Source: Tubiluchus corallicola (Eukaryota; Animalia; Priapulida). Taken from it: a stretch of DNA of 64,000 bases. Where the stretch lies: NCBI GenBank assembly GCA_030141605.1, contig JAQGDQ010000304.1, positions 1-64,000 of the forward strand, written 5' to 3'. This document shows positions 10,172 through 19,942 of the stretch, piece after piece (position 1 is the first letter of the stretch; each line of letters starts with the position of its first letter). The notes beneath the pieces were generated by a model, which had not been told where the DNA came from, did not search any database, and saw only the letters and a list, made by a program, of their open reading frames with translations. A program made the translations under genes and the position numbers.

Positions 10172-10389
10172 TATTATATGTTAAATAATTATAAATTCTT
10201 TAAATTATGATACGGTGAATAAACCCAAATAGCTCTCCAATTATTCTATTTTTTATATTTTATCAGAAATAACTCCCTCATTATCCACACAGTATAATAT
10301 AGCATAACCTATAGAACAGTCGCAATTTGCTTTCTCATTATTTTTAGTTAACTTGCATATTATATCTTTATTTAAAGAATAGCTAAACG

Positions 10390-11970
10390 ATGAATGCAAG
10401 CAAGTTTAACAAAATTTTTACAATAATCATAGTGTTTTTCATAATTATTTTTTTTAGTAGTTATTCCGGCTCTGGAAATAAGAAGAAAAACACATGGGAA
10501 AAACCCAATATCATCTATATTCTGGCAGACGATCTCGGATATGGAGAGTTAGGGTGCTTTGGCCAGGAAAAAATTGAGACACCACACATAGATCAGTTGG
10601 CCGGCAGTGGTATTATTTTCACCCAGCACTACAGCGGCTCCCCCGTATGTGCACCCTCAAGGGGTGTTCTGATGACAGGGAAGCACACCGGACACGCGCA
10701 GATAAGAGATAATGACGAGTGGCGCTCACGCGGAAAAGTGTGGAACTATTATGCACAAATTGCCGATTCTACTCTTGAAGGGCAGTGGCCTCTTAAGGAG
10801 AGAACAGAAACAGTTGCAACCCTTTTGAAAGACGCAGGGTATACAACAGGTATAGTAGGCAAATGGGGGCTAGGCGCGCCACATACCGTTTCAACCCCTT
10901 TGCAAATGGGGTTTGATTTTTTCTTCGGATACAATTGCCAAAGACAGGCACACACATATTACCCCGTGCATTTGTATAAAAATGATATCAGAACATATCT
11001 GAATAATGATACAATTCCGCCCAATGCAAAACTGGACAAAGACGCAGACCCTTACAACCTGGATAGTTACAAAAAGTTCAACCTTAGCAACTATTCGGGG
11101 GATATTATGTTTAGCGAATTACAGCGCTTTATAACAGACAACAACCCTAAAGAGACAGGGAAGCCATTTTTCATGTATTGGGCAAACCCTATACCCCACC
11201 TTCCCCTACAGGCTCCTGAGCACTGGATAAACTATTATGTAGCCAAATTTGGCGATGAGGAACCTTACCAAGGAAATGATGGCTACTTTCCACAACGCTA
11301 TCCCCGTGCCGCTTATGCAGCCATGGTCTCATATATGGACGAGCAGGTAGGTATGCTCGTGAAGCAACTGAAGGCTATGGGTATTTTTGATAACACCCTT
11401 ATCATTTTCACATCGGATAATGGCCCCGCTTTTAATGGGGGAACAGACTCACCGTGGTTTAACAGTGGAGGAGATTTCAGTAGCAAGTATGGACGGGGAA
11501 AAGGGTTCACATATGAAGGAGGTATCAGAGTTCCAATGGTTGCTAGCTGGCCTGAAAAAATTCAGCCTGGCACAAAAACAGGCCACATCTCTGCTTTCTG
11601 GGATGTGCTGCCTACTTTTTGCGATATAGTGGGAGTGGAAATCCCGGTAGACACAGACGGAATAAGCTTCCTCCCTGCCATGATAGGGAAAGAAAGAGAG
11701 CAAAAAGAGCACGATTTCCTGTATTGGGAATTTCCTTCTTATGGTGGACAGCAGGCGGTAAGAGTGGGCGACTGGAAAGGTATAAGAAAAAATATTTTAA
11801 AGGGGAATATGGAGATTGAGCTCTACAACTTATCAAATGATCTATCTGAGAGCAACAATATTGCACAAAACTATCCTGAAGTAGTTCAGCAGATAGAGGA
11901 TATTATGAAAAGAGAGCGTGTACCCTCAGAGCACGATAAATTTAAAATAAAAGAGCTGGGAGATTATTGA
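10390..11970 (+). CDS. Secreted arylsulfatase (S1 family, Cys-type)
   Basis: PNIIYILADDLG, CAPSRGVLMTG, GKWGLG, FTSDNG; N-terminal hydrophobic signal. Confidence 0.92.
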   Translation: MNASKFNKIFTIIIVFFIIIFFSSYSGSGNKKKNTWEKPNIIYILADDLGYGELGCFGQEKIETPHIDQLAGSGIIFTQHYSGSPVCAPSRGVLMTGKHTGHAQIRDNDEWRSRGKVWNYYAQIADSTLEGQWPLKERTETVATLLKDAGYTTGIVGKWGLGAPHTVSTPLQMGFDFFFGYNCQRQAHTYYPVHLYKNDIRTYLNNDTIPPNAKLDKDADPYNLDSYKKFNLSNYSGDIMFSELQRFITDNNPKETGKPFFMYWANPIPHLPLQAPEHWINYYVAKFGDEEPYQGNDGYFPQRYPRAAYAAMVSYMDEQVGMLVKQLKAMGIFDNTLIIFTSDNGPAFNGGTDSPWFNSGGDFSSKYGRGKGFTYEGGIRVPMVASWPEKIQPGTKTGHISAFWDVLPTFCDIVGVEIPVDTDGISFLPAMIGKEREQKEHDFLYWEFPSYGGQQAVRVGDWKGIRKNILKGNMEIELYNLSNDLSESNNIAQNYPEVVQQIEDIMKRERVPSEHDKFKIKELGDY

Positions 11971-12250
11971 TGTAAAGGGCCCCAAAGCGAGCAAAGGAGG
12001 TTTACCATACAGCAGTAACTATCAAGCTTGAAGGAAGGTTAAAACTAAACTTATAAACTATACCTGTTGAGACTTAATAGTTTTTTATGCTAAAAATTAT
12101 CGGTGTTATATGGTTGAATATTTATATATTTATATATCTTTGATACTTAATGTGACTTTACAGCCAAATAGAGTTTAGCTTGTGTTCCCGATATGTAGCA
12201 CTAAGGGGGTATTCAGTAGATTAGTAAACAATATTATAGATAAAGTAGAT

Positions 12251-12610
12251 ATGAAAAAATGGTTTTTGGCCCTAATATTTTTAGTTTTTGCGTCAAGTCT
12301 ATTCTCGCAATCCTTTATAAGCCCAATAGAATTTGTAGAGAATGAGGCAAACAAGCAGAAAGTAGTTGATTTTATTAGGAAACAGGTAAAAGAAGATTAC
12401 TCTGCTATTGGGATGGATGATCCATATACTTTGAGAATGATGGAGAAAGAAAACCTACACGCATTTAAGGAGTTGACAAAGGCTTCAAACACAATATTAT
12501 TGAGAAGAGTGATTGACACTTACTGTGAGATCGGTATGTGTAATTATTCAACGATTCTAATGATGTATAATGAGCAGAATAAAGCAAGTAAAGAGGAATT
12601 GGAGTGGTAA
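12251..12610 (+). CDS. Small secreted hypothetical protein with a two-fold internal repeat
   Basis: MKKWFLALIFLVFASSLFSQ signal peptide; TATCTTTG -7 element at 12135-12142. Confidence 0.7.
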   Translation: MKKWFLALIFLVFASSLFSQSFISPIEFVENEANKQKVVDFIRKQVKEDYSAIGMDDPYTLRMMEKENLHAFKELTKASNTILLRRVIDTYCEIGMCNYSTILMMYNEQNKASKEELEW

Positions 12611-12755
12611 ATAATAATGTAAGAATCGATAACCTATTTTTGCAAGCCTGACTTTGGGTAGCTGCTTGTGAAAAAGTACCAAGTAGGGCGCATGTAAGGC
12701 AATGTTAATGTAAAGCTAAGCTTTACAGAGATGCTTCGTTTTGTCCTCCGAAGCT

Positions 12756-13436
12756 TTAAGTTTTTTTGACTCCAGGCTCCCTGTATATAACCGTTACTTT
12801 AGCAGTTTTTCGTTTAAAATTGATACTGCCCACTTCTACTCTCAGGATATCAAGGCCGGTTATTGCTTCCAGATCATTTTTTAGCGCCTCAACGTTTTCG
12901 GGTTTTACCAGTTCTAAATTCTCATAAGTAATGGTTTTTCTGGCCTCTTGTCCATTTGTTGCCCACACCCCCTCCATAAGCCAGATTATCAATATAATAG
13001 ATAGGTTGGCAAAAGCCAGCTCTGCAATGCTAAGAGTATCACCGGCAATCGCATTTATCACAGATACGCCTATGATTATAAACAGAAAGGTCATTTCTTT
13101 TATAGGGATGGTAGTTGTCCTGTAGCGCAGAATACCAAATACGGCAAACAGACCAAGGGCAAAACCAAGCTCTAGCTTTATGTTTTCCAACAAATAACAG
13201 ATAAGGAAAACCGTTGAGCCAACAAGTACATAGGTAAAGTAAAAGTCCTTTCGGCGAGAGTAGTGGTAGTATAAGAACCTGGATATAATTATTATAATTA
13301 TAAGATTAGTTACAAAGCTGGTAATAAGCGCCATAAGCTTACAAACGCGTATGACTTCAAGCTTGTATACAGTATTTTCAGAAAGAGATAAAAGCAGAAA
13401 ACCGGCTTTTTCAGTAAAAGACACAAAGCTACTCAT
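12756..13436 (-). CDS. DUF4956-family membrane protein (start may be 13334)
   Basis: LGFALGLFAVFGILRYRT..IPIKEMTFLF signature. Confidence 0.85.
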   Translation of the reverse strand: MSSFVSFTEKAGFLLLSLSENTVYKLEVIRVCKLMALITSFVTNLIIIIIISRFLYYHYSRRKDFYFTYVLVGSTVFLICYLLENIKLELGFALGLFAVFGILRYRTTTIPIKEMTFLFIIIGVSVINAIAGDTLSIAELAFANLSIILIIWLMEGVWATNGQEARKTITYENLELVKPENVEALKNDLEAITGLDILRVEVGSINFKRKTAKVTVIYREPGVKKT

Positions 13437-13897
13437 TTATAATTCTGATTCGTTAAAAAAAAACTGCTATACAGGAAGGCAATGCAGCAGGCTGCAAGTT
13501 ACGTAATATTCTTAGGTATACTACAAGGGTACTTCCATGTTTTTTTAAAACGCTTCAATGCTTAGGCGAATTATCTGCAACTTAATCTGACAACCGGGAC
13601 TGAACTAAATTTGAATTACCAACAACAAATAAAAGCTTAACCCACTCGCAAAATGGGAGAAAGGTATCCGCAGGCTAACGGAATGTGCAAAATATTGCAT
13701 TCAGAAAAAACATACGCCATCTGAAAAACTGCAAAAGATGCTGACACATAGGCTAGATTACTACAATACGCTAAAAACTAATGCGAAAAAAGCCTATTTT
13801 GACAAAACACCAATGCAGACTTTCTTAGATAATCTACACCAATAATTACTCTCTACATAGCTCTACTTTACTATGCCCAAAATTAGGTACATATCTG

Positions 13898-14310
13898 TTA
13901 AAGCTTGTAATTGTGATGTACTTGCTTTATATCTTCGTAAACACGGTCCTTAAGTACCTGTAGTTCTGCATTTGCTTCTTCATCTACATGCTGTGGAGAC
14001 CCCGCATTTCTTCCTACAATAGTTCGGTCTACAGCTTTTTCCAGGTCCATTATACATCTGTAAAGGGCTAAAAAGCTCTCTTTGCTCCGATCGCCTGCCA
14101 TAAAATGATTATAGCTATTAGTAAAAGCTGCGCGAGCATTATCAAACAAGACAGTTCCTTCTGTTGCACCTTCAGGGTTTACACTTCCAGGTGACAACGT
14201 TCCATAATAGATAGGACCCGGGAGCGCATATGTTAAATGATTCTTAACCTACCAATATGTACGCGTAACAGGTTCAGTGATTCAATTACTCTATCCGAAA
14301 TTCTTACCAT
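13898..14310 (-). pseudogene. Orphan ORF split by one apparent frameshift (25-aa ORF 14310-14233 plus ORF ending at 13898)
   Basis: A-rich leader and ATG at 14310, TATATTTG -7 element at 14419-14412; adding one base near 14240-14248 would fuse the frames into ~137 aa. Confidence 0.4.
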
Positions 14311-14477
14311 AGTTTAATTAATTTGGTTTGATTTGATTTGACTTAATTTAATTTGGTTATTTGGTTATTTGCTTTCTCAGCTATTAAGCAAAAAAAATAT
14401 TTCTAATATTACAAATATAATCATAAAAAACCTAATTAAAAATATAATTTTCTTCAGTATTATAAGAACACATTTTT

Positions 14478-14518
14478 ATCACCATCTCATAAACTATGTA
14501 ATATTATAATATAGTGCT
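14478..14518. mobile_element. Degenerate IS256 left-IR scar
   Basis: ATCACCATCTCATAAACTATGTAA resembles the IS left end AGCACTATCTCATAAACTGTGTAA, followed by an inverted partial copy TTATAATATAGTGCT. Confidence 0.5.
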
Positions 14519-15287
14519 AGCTTTTTCAGAATTGAATTTATGAATTTTTATTTTAACTATTCAAATTCACGACTATATTTTAGTTTTTATTCTTTATTAT
14601 CTGCTTTTTTCAATAGATTCTTTTATCATCTATTCTATCGTAAAAATTCTTACATTCAATAAATTTCATAATCTATTATATTTACTACCTCCTACTCTAT
14701 CACTGCGTTGAAAAAGAGACATTTCTGCATTTATAAGTATTACCAAAGTGTGAATTATGATTACTCGAATATTAATAATATCTAGTAGTTTGCTCATAAG
14801 TCTTTGCTTATACTTTAGATAGCAATATAAAAAGTGAGAAAAATAGTGTTAAATTTAGTTGCTATCAATGGCTTGGTCCGGGGTGAATACCTTAATAGTT
14901 GCAGGTGTGCAGTAAAGTAAGATAGGTTATCTACTTAGTACCTGTTTCCTTTAGCAGATCTTAATGGTCATAAAGTGCTATACAGTTAATATCACCTTAT
15001 TGGCTACAATCAAGGGAGTCCAGAAAGATTGCTGATACCGGAAGATGGTCTTTGAGTTTGGCTGTGTGGGATATTTGATATACCGTAAAAAACTTACCAG
15101 TTGGTGAAAGTAAATAGTGCTGCCACAAGAGAAGTATAAGCAGGCAAGTAAATAATATGCACGATACAGGGCTGTTTCGTTCTGTTTTAGCGATTATAAA
15201 ATCCGAATAAAATTTATATTTTTGAGCTTTTTAGGTTTTTTGAAAAGCCTCAGGTATAAAAGATTTTAAACCCCTGTATACAATTGT

Positions 15288-16268
15288 ATGACAAAGAGAA
15301 ATAATACACAAGGTGTAAACACTGAAGAGAGAGAGTGTGTTAAATGCTTGATTATAGGCTCCGGTCCCGCTGGATATACGGCTGCTATCTACGCTGCACG
15401 TGCAAACCTCTCCCCCGTACTATATGAAGGGTTGCAGCCCGGTGGCCAATTGACCACGACCAATGACGTTGAGAACTTTCCGGGATATCCGAATGGCGTC
15501 ACAGGCCCTGTAATGATGGAAGACATGAAGGTTCAAGCAAAACGTTTTGGCACCGATATAAGGTGGGGATCGGCTACTGCTGTTGAATTTGATTCCACAG
15601 GCAATCACACCGTCACAATAGATGACGAGAAAACCGTTAGTGCAGAAGTGGTGATCATCGCTACAGGGGCAACAGCAAAATACCTTGGTCTTGATGATGA
15701 GAAAAAATATGCAGGGTCAGGCGTCTCAGCTTGTGCTACCTGCGATGGCTTCTTCTACAAAGAGAAAGATGTTGCCGTTGTGGGAGGTGGAGACACTGCC
15801 TGTGAGGAAGCCCTATACCTTGCAGGACTGTGTAATAAAGTGTACATGATAGTGCGCCGGGATGTGCTTAGGGCTTCAAAAGTGATGCAGGAGCGGGTAT
15901 TTAGTACAAAAAACATAGAGGTACTATGGAAGCACCAGGCAAAGTCCCTACTGGGAGATGGTGTGGTTGAAAGGGCTGTTCTATGCAAAAATATGGGGGA
16001 GGATAGCCAGCAGGATATAGAGATCAGCATAGATGGATTTTTCCTGGCTATAGGGCACAAGCCCAATTCTGAAATTTTTGCAGACTATCTGGATATTGAT
16101 GAAACGGGCTATATACTTACCGCCCCCAATACATCAAAGACAAACATACCGGGTATTTTCGCCTGCGGTGATGTCCAGGACTCCACATACCGCCAGGCAG
16201 TAACAGCCGCTGGATCAGGATGTATGGCAGCTATTGATGCAGAAAGGTACCTGTCTGAAAAAAGCTGA
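15288..16268 (+). CDS. trxB: Thioredoxin-disulfide reductase
   Basis: IIGSGPAGYTAAIY, GGQL, CATCDG, VVGGGD, GDVQD. Confidence 0.95.
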   Translation: MTKRNNTQGVNTEERECVKCLIIGSGPAGYTAAIYAARANLSPVLYEGLQPGGQLTTTNDVENFPGYPNGVTGPVMMEDMKVQAKRFGTDIRWGSATAVEFDSTGNHTVTIDDEKTVSAEVVIIATGATAKYLGLDDEKKYAGSGVSACATCDGFFYKEKDVAVVGGGDTACEEALYLAGLCNKVYMIVRRDVLRASKVMQERVFSTKNIEVLWKHQAKSLLGDGVVERAVLCKNMGEDSQQDIEISIDGFFLAIGHKPNSEIFADYLDIDETGYILTAPNTSKTNIPGIFACGDVQDSTYRQAVTAAGSGCMAAIDAERYLSEKS

Positions 16269-16338
16269 GCTCTTTTCAAAGCTCATCTCTTTACTAATAT
16301 TTTCGTCAAAGTCTTTCGCCTTGCAAATGCCTCAAGCT

Positions 16339-18822
16339 ATGACATCGTACAGTTTTTCAGAAGTAACAGATGCAATTGGAGGTAAAATTGTAAAAAATGG
16401 CAATCCGTGTATCTGCACTATAAAGTTTTTGTCGTTCGATACCCGTACAATATTATCAGGTAAAGAAACACTGTTTTTTGCCCTGAAGGGGAGTAATAAC
16501 GATGGGCACGATTATATAGACAGTGCGTTCAGAAGCGGAGTTAGGGCATTTGTTACAGAGCATATACCGGAAGGAGAGTGGGAGAATACTGTATTTATTG
16601 TTGTACAGAATACAGTATCCGCACTACAGAAACTCGCCCTTTGCCATCGCAACAAGTTCAGCTATCCGGTAATAGCCATAACAGGGAGCAATGGAAAGAC
16701 AATCGTTAAAGAGTGGCTGGGAGAACTACTAGAGGACAAGTATAAAATTATAAAAAGCCCCGGAAGCTACAACTCCCAAATAGGAAACCCTGTATCTATA
16801 TGGCAAATGGGCAGCCATCACGATCTGGGTATTTTTGAAGCCGGAGTATCTGAGCCCGGAGAAATGGAGCGTCTTGAAAAGATGCTGCGTCCCGAAATAG
16901 GCCTCTTCACACATCCTGGAGAAGCCCACCTCGAAAACTTCTCTTCTCAAAAACAGCTTATATCAGAAAAGCTTAAATTGTTTAAGCGCTGTAACAGTAT
17001 CGTTTATTGTAGCGATTTCCCAGTTCTGAAAGAAGCAATCTGCAAAACAGTACTAAAAAAGGGGTGCCGTCTGTTTTCATGGTCAACTATAAATCGGGAC
17101 TCCGACCTATATATTAAAAAAAAGGATAAACACAACGGGGAAACAATTATAGAAGGGTATGTTAAGGGCAAAAAGGCCGTACTCTGTCTCCCTTTTGACG
17201 ATGAAGCACATATAGAAAACGGGATACACTGCTGGGCTCTTCTTCTTTCCATGGGGGTACCGCCCGAACCACTCAAAAAGCGTTTTCTCCGGCTCTCAAA
17301 AGTTCCTATGAGGCTTGAAGTAAAAAGGGGTGTCAATAGCTGTACACTGATAAATGACTCGTACAACTCAGATATCGCGTCACTGACCAATGCCCTTGAT
17401 TTCTTAAAACAACAATCGGAGAGCAGTGGAAAAACAAGTACGCTGATAGTGTCGGACATACTCCAATCAGGGCAAAACCCAGAGGCACTATACTCGCAGG
17501 TTGCCGAGATTACTAGTCTTAGAAAGGTAGATAGAGTTATAGGCCTCGGGCCGAATATTGCAAAGTACTCACATCTGTTTACCATCAAAAATAAACAGTT
17601 TTATGGTAGCGTTAAAGAGTTTCTGACAAATGTTTCGAGAAACAGTTTTCGTGACGAGATAATACTTTTGAAGGGAGCCAGATGCTTTCATTTTGATAAT
17701 ATTGCCGACCTGCTGCAAGAGAAAGCCCACCAGACAGTTCTTGAAATTGACCTGAATGCAATAGCCCATAACCTGAATGAATACAGGAAAAGAGTTAAAA
17801 AAAGCACAAAGATTATGGCAATGGTCAAAGCCTTGTCCTACGGGACAGGAGCAGTAGAAGTTGCAAAGCTCCTGCAGTTTCACAATATTGATTACCTGGC
17901 AGTAGCCATAATCGACGAAGGGGTTGAACTCAGGCAACATGGAATAAAGACACCTATCATTGTGATGAATCCGGAAGAGCACAGCTTTGGCACAATGATT
18001 AGATACAGGCTAGAGCCCAATATATACAGCCTTAGGCTATTGAAAAAATTTGATGACGCCCTGCAAATAAATGCAATCAAAAACTTTCCTGTACATATCA
18101 AAATCGATACCGGCATGAATAGGCTTGGGTTCAGCTCTGCAGATGAGCTTAAAAAAGTGGCCGGGTTTGTAAGGAAAAGGGAGACAGTGTATCTGCAATC
18201 TGTCTTCTCTCATCTCGTTGTAAGCGATGATAAACACCAAGATGAGTTTTCTCATTTACAATTCAAACGGTTCACAGAATTAAGCGAAGCTATTACTTCA
18301 GAACTTGAATATAAGGTTATGAAACATATTCTCAATTCTGCCGGAATAGAGAGGTTCCCCGAATATCAATATGATATGGTAAGGCTCGGAATAGGCCTTT
18401 ACGGAATAAGTGCAACATCCGGTGTTAAACTCCACAACGTGGCAACATTAAGAACGACAATATCCCAAATAAAGACAGTGGCTGCGGGAGAAACAATAGG
18501 CTATGGCAGAGAAAAACACCTCAACACAAGCTCTGTTATTGCTATTCTGCCGATAGGCTATGCAGACGGTCTTAATAGAAAGCTGGGCAATGGGAACGGA
18601 TATGTCTTTGTAAATGACCATAAAGCACCTTTTGTCGGCTCCATATGCATGGATATGTCTATGATTGACATATCAGAGGTTAATGCAAAAGAGGGAGATA
18701 GTGTAACCATATTTGGGGCAAAACTTTCTCCGGTGGAAGTTGCCAGGACACTAAATACTATACCATACGAGATATTCACCTCTGTAGGGCAGCGCGTAAA
18801 AAGAGTTTATTTTGTGGAGTAA
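16339..18822 (+). CDS. alr: Bifunctional MurF-like ligase / alanine racemase
   Basis: ITGSNGKT, INDSYN, LLKGAR, then MVKALSYG (PLP Lys), HIKIDTGMNRLG, GYADG, ICMDM; ATG 16339 preferred. Confidence 0.92.
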   Translation: MTSYSFSEVTDAIGGKIVKNGNPCICTIKFLSFDTRTILSGKETLFFALKGSNNDGHDYIDSAFRSGVRAFVTEHIPEGEWENTVFIVVQNTVSALQKLALCHRNKFSYPVIAITGSNGKTIVKEWLGELLEDKYKIIKSPGSYNSQIGNPVSIWQMGSHHDLGIFEAGVSEPGEMERLEKMLRPEIGLFTHPGEAHLENFSSQKQLISEKLKLFKRCNSIVYCSDFPVLKEAICKTVLKKGCRLFSWSTINRDSDLYIKKKDKHNGETIIEGYVKGKKAVLCLPFDDEAHIENGIHCWALLLSMGVPPEPLKKRFLRLSKVPMRLEVKRGVNSCTLINDSYNSDIASLTNALDFLKQQSESSGKTSTLIVSDILQSGQNPEALYSQVAEITSLRKVDRVIGLGPNIAKYSHLFTIKNKQFYGSVKEFLTNVSRNSFRDEIILLKGARCFHFDNIADLLQEKAHQTVLEIDLNAIAHNLNEYRKRVKKSTKIMAMVKALSYGTGAVEVAKLLQFHNIDYLAVAIIDEGVELRQHGIKTPIIVMNPEEHSFGTMIRYRLEPNIYSLRLLKKFDDALQINAIKNFPVHIKIDTGMNRLGFSSADELKKVAGFVRKRETVYLQSVFSHLVVSDDKHQDEFSHLQFKRFTELSEAITSELEYKVMKHILNSAGIERFPEYQYDMVRLGIGLYGISATSGVKLHNVATLRTTISQIKTVAAGETIGYGREKHLNTSSVIAILPIGYADGLNRKLGNGNGYVFVNDHKAPFVGSICMDMSMIDISEVNAKEGDSVTIFGAKLSPVEVARTLNTIPYEIFTSVGQRVKRVYFVE

Positions 18823-18860
18823 AGGTTCATAAGTACATTTATTTTACTATATAAAGGCTT

Positions 18861-19007
18861 GAGATCCTTGTAAAGACTGAAGGTTTTGCCTCAGAGTGAA
18901 AAAAGTAGCTCTGTGAAAAAAGAGGAATCAACAACGCATACTAAAGTTTGATCTTCTGAATTTTTTAGAAAAGTTGTTAATAAAAAGATGAGTTTTGCAA
19001 AGTATGT
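18861..19007 (+). mobile_element. MITE-like repeat family, copy C
   Basis: GAGATCCTTGTAAAG...GGTTTTGCCTCAGAGTGAAAAA...TAATAAAAAGATGAGTTTTGCAAAG. Confidence 0.75.
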
Positions 19008-19136
19008 GGTTTATTTGTACGCTGTTCGTTGTCAACAAAGGCACTTTTTATATATAGGTACCCTAAGTTTGTATAAGTTTTAGTTGAATAAGTCTTTCTT
19101 ATTTACTAACTTTAGTTTAATACCAAACTATAAGAC

Positions 19137-19271
19137 AAAGTCTTTGCAAGACGAAGGAGTCTGGTTCGGGTTGAGGAGTAATACGGCGAAGGATCGCACT
19201 TGTTACCAATATAAAATAAGAATTTTGAAGAGGTTTTTAACAAAAAAGATATAAATCTTATAAAGAGGTCT
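19137..19271 (+). mobile_element. MITE-like repeat family, copy D
   Basis: AAAGTCTTTGCAAG...CTGGTTCGGGTTGAGG...AATTTTGAAGAGGTTTTTAACAAAA...TAAAGAGGTCT. Confidence 0.65.
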
Positions 19272-19353
19272 AAGCATAATAAAAAGAGATAACCAAAAGA
19301 TAACTTATTTTAGTTTTGTATATCGATAAAGTTAAGGTTAGCAATTAGCATAC

Positions 19354-19788
19354 ATGAAAATAAAAGTGATAAACAATTCGGGACATAGCCTCCCAGAATA
19401 CAGTACCAGCCATTCCGCAGGAATGGACATAAGGGCAAGCGTTGAAGACAACATAGTAGTGAAACCATTAGAGCGCGTGTTGGTTCCAACAGGTCTGTTC
19501 ATTGAACTCCCCGCAGGTTGTGAAGCACAAATTCGCCCCAGAAGCGGTCTTGCGTTAAAAAGAGGTATAACGGTGCTAAACACCCCCGGGACTATTGATG
19601 CCGACTACAGGGGAGAGATAAAAGTTATACTGGTAAACCTTTCGCAAGAAAGTTTCACTATTTGTAATGGAGACCGTATCGCCCAGATGGTAATAGCACG
19701 CCATGAAAAAATAGAGTGGGAAGCTGCTTTGAAGCTACAGGAGTCAACCAGGGGGGAAGGAGGCTTTGGACATACAGGCAGAAGTTGA
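19354..19788 (+). CDS. dut: dUTP diphosphatase
   Basis: [38 protein letters not shown]. Confidence 0.96.
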   Translation: MKIKVINNSGHSLPEYSTSHSAGMDIRASVEDNIVVKPLERVLVPTGLFIELPAGCEAQIRPRSGLALKRGITVLNTPGTIDADYRGEIKVILVNLSQESFTICNGDRIAQMVIARHEKIEWEAALKLQESTRGEGGFGHTGRS

Positions 19789-19851
19789 CACAGGTTTAGA
19801 GTTATAGTAACTCAAAATATATGTTAGCTGTAAAAGAGCCTGTAAGCAGTG

Positions 19852-19884
19852 TTTTAATAAATAGATAAGTTTTGCAAAGGATTT
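19852..19884 (+). repeat. Right-end fragment of the MITE-like family (copy E)
   Basis: TTTTAATAAATAGATAAGTTTTGCAAAGGATTT. Confidence 0.5.
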
Positions 19885-19942
19885 AAAATGATAACAGGCT
19901 CGGTAATATAAAAAAGCCGAAGTAAAAAAATCAAACAGAGCC

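Noticed and set aside
14249-14251. In-frame TAG as a pyrrolysine or readthrough site
   Set aside because: A TGA lies a few codons further upstream in the same frame and there is no pyl machinery; a single frameshift is simpler.
16234-16338. murF-alr start overlapping trxB
   Set aside because: The extension looks non-coding; the MurF-like sequence begins near MTSYSFSEV (16339).
17004-17588. Antisense and alternative-frame ORFs in the track (e.g. 194 aa here, 173 aa at 33989, 170 aa at 30536)
   Set aside because: They are shadows of well-supported genes and have no recognisable motifs.
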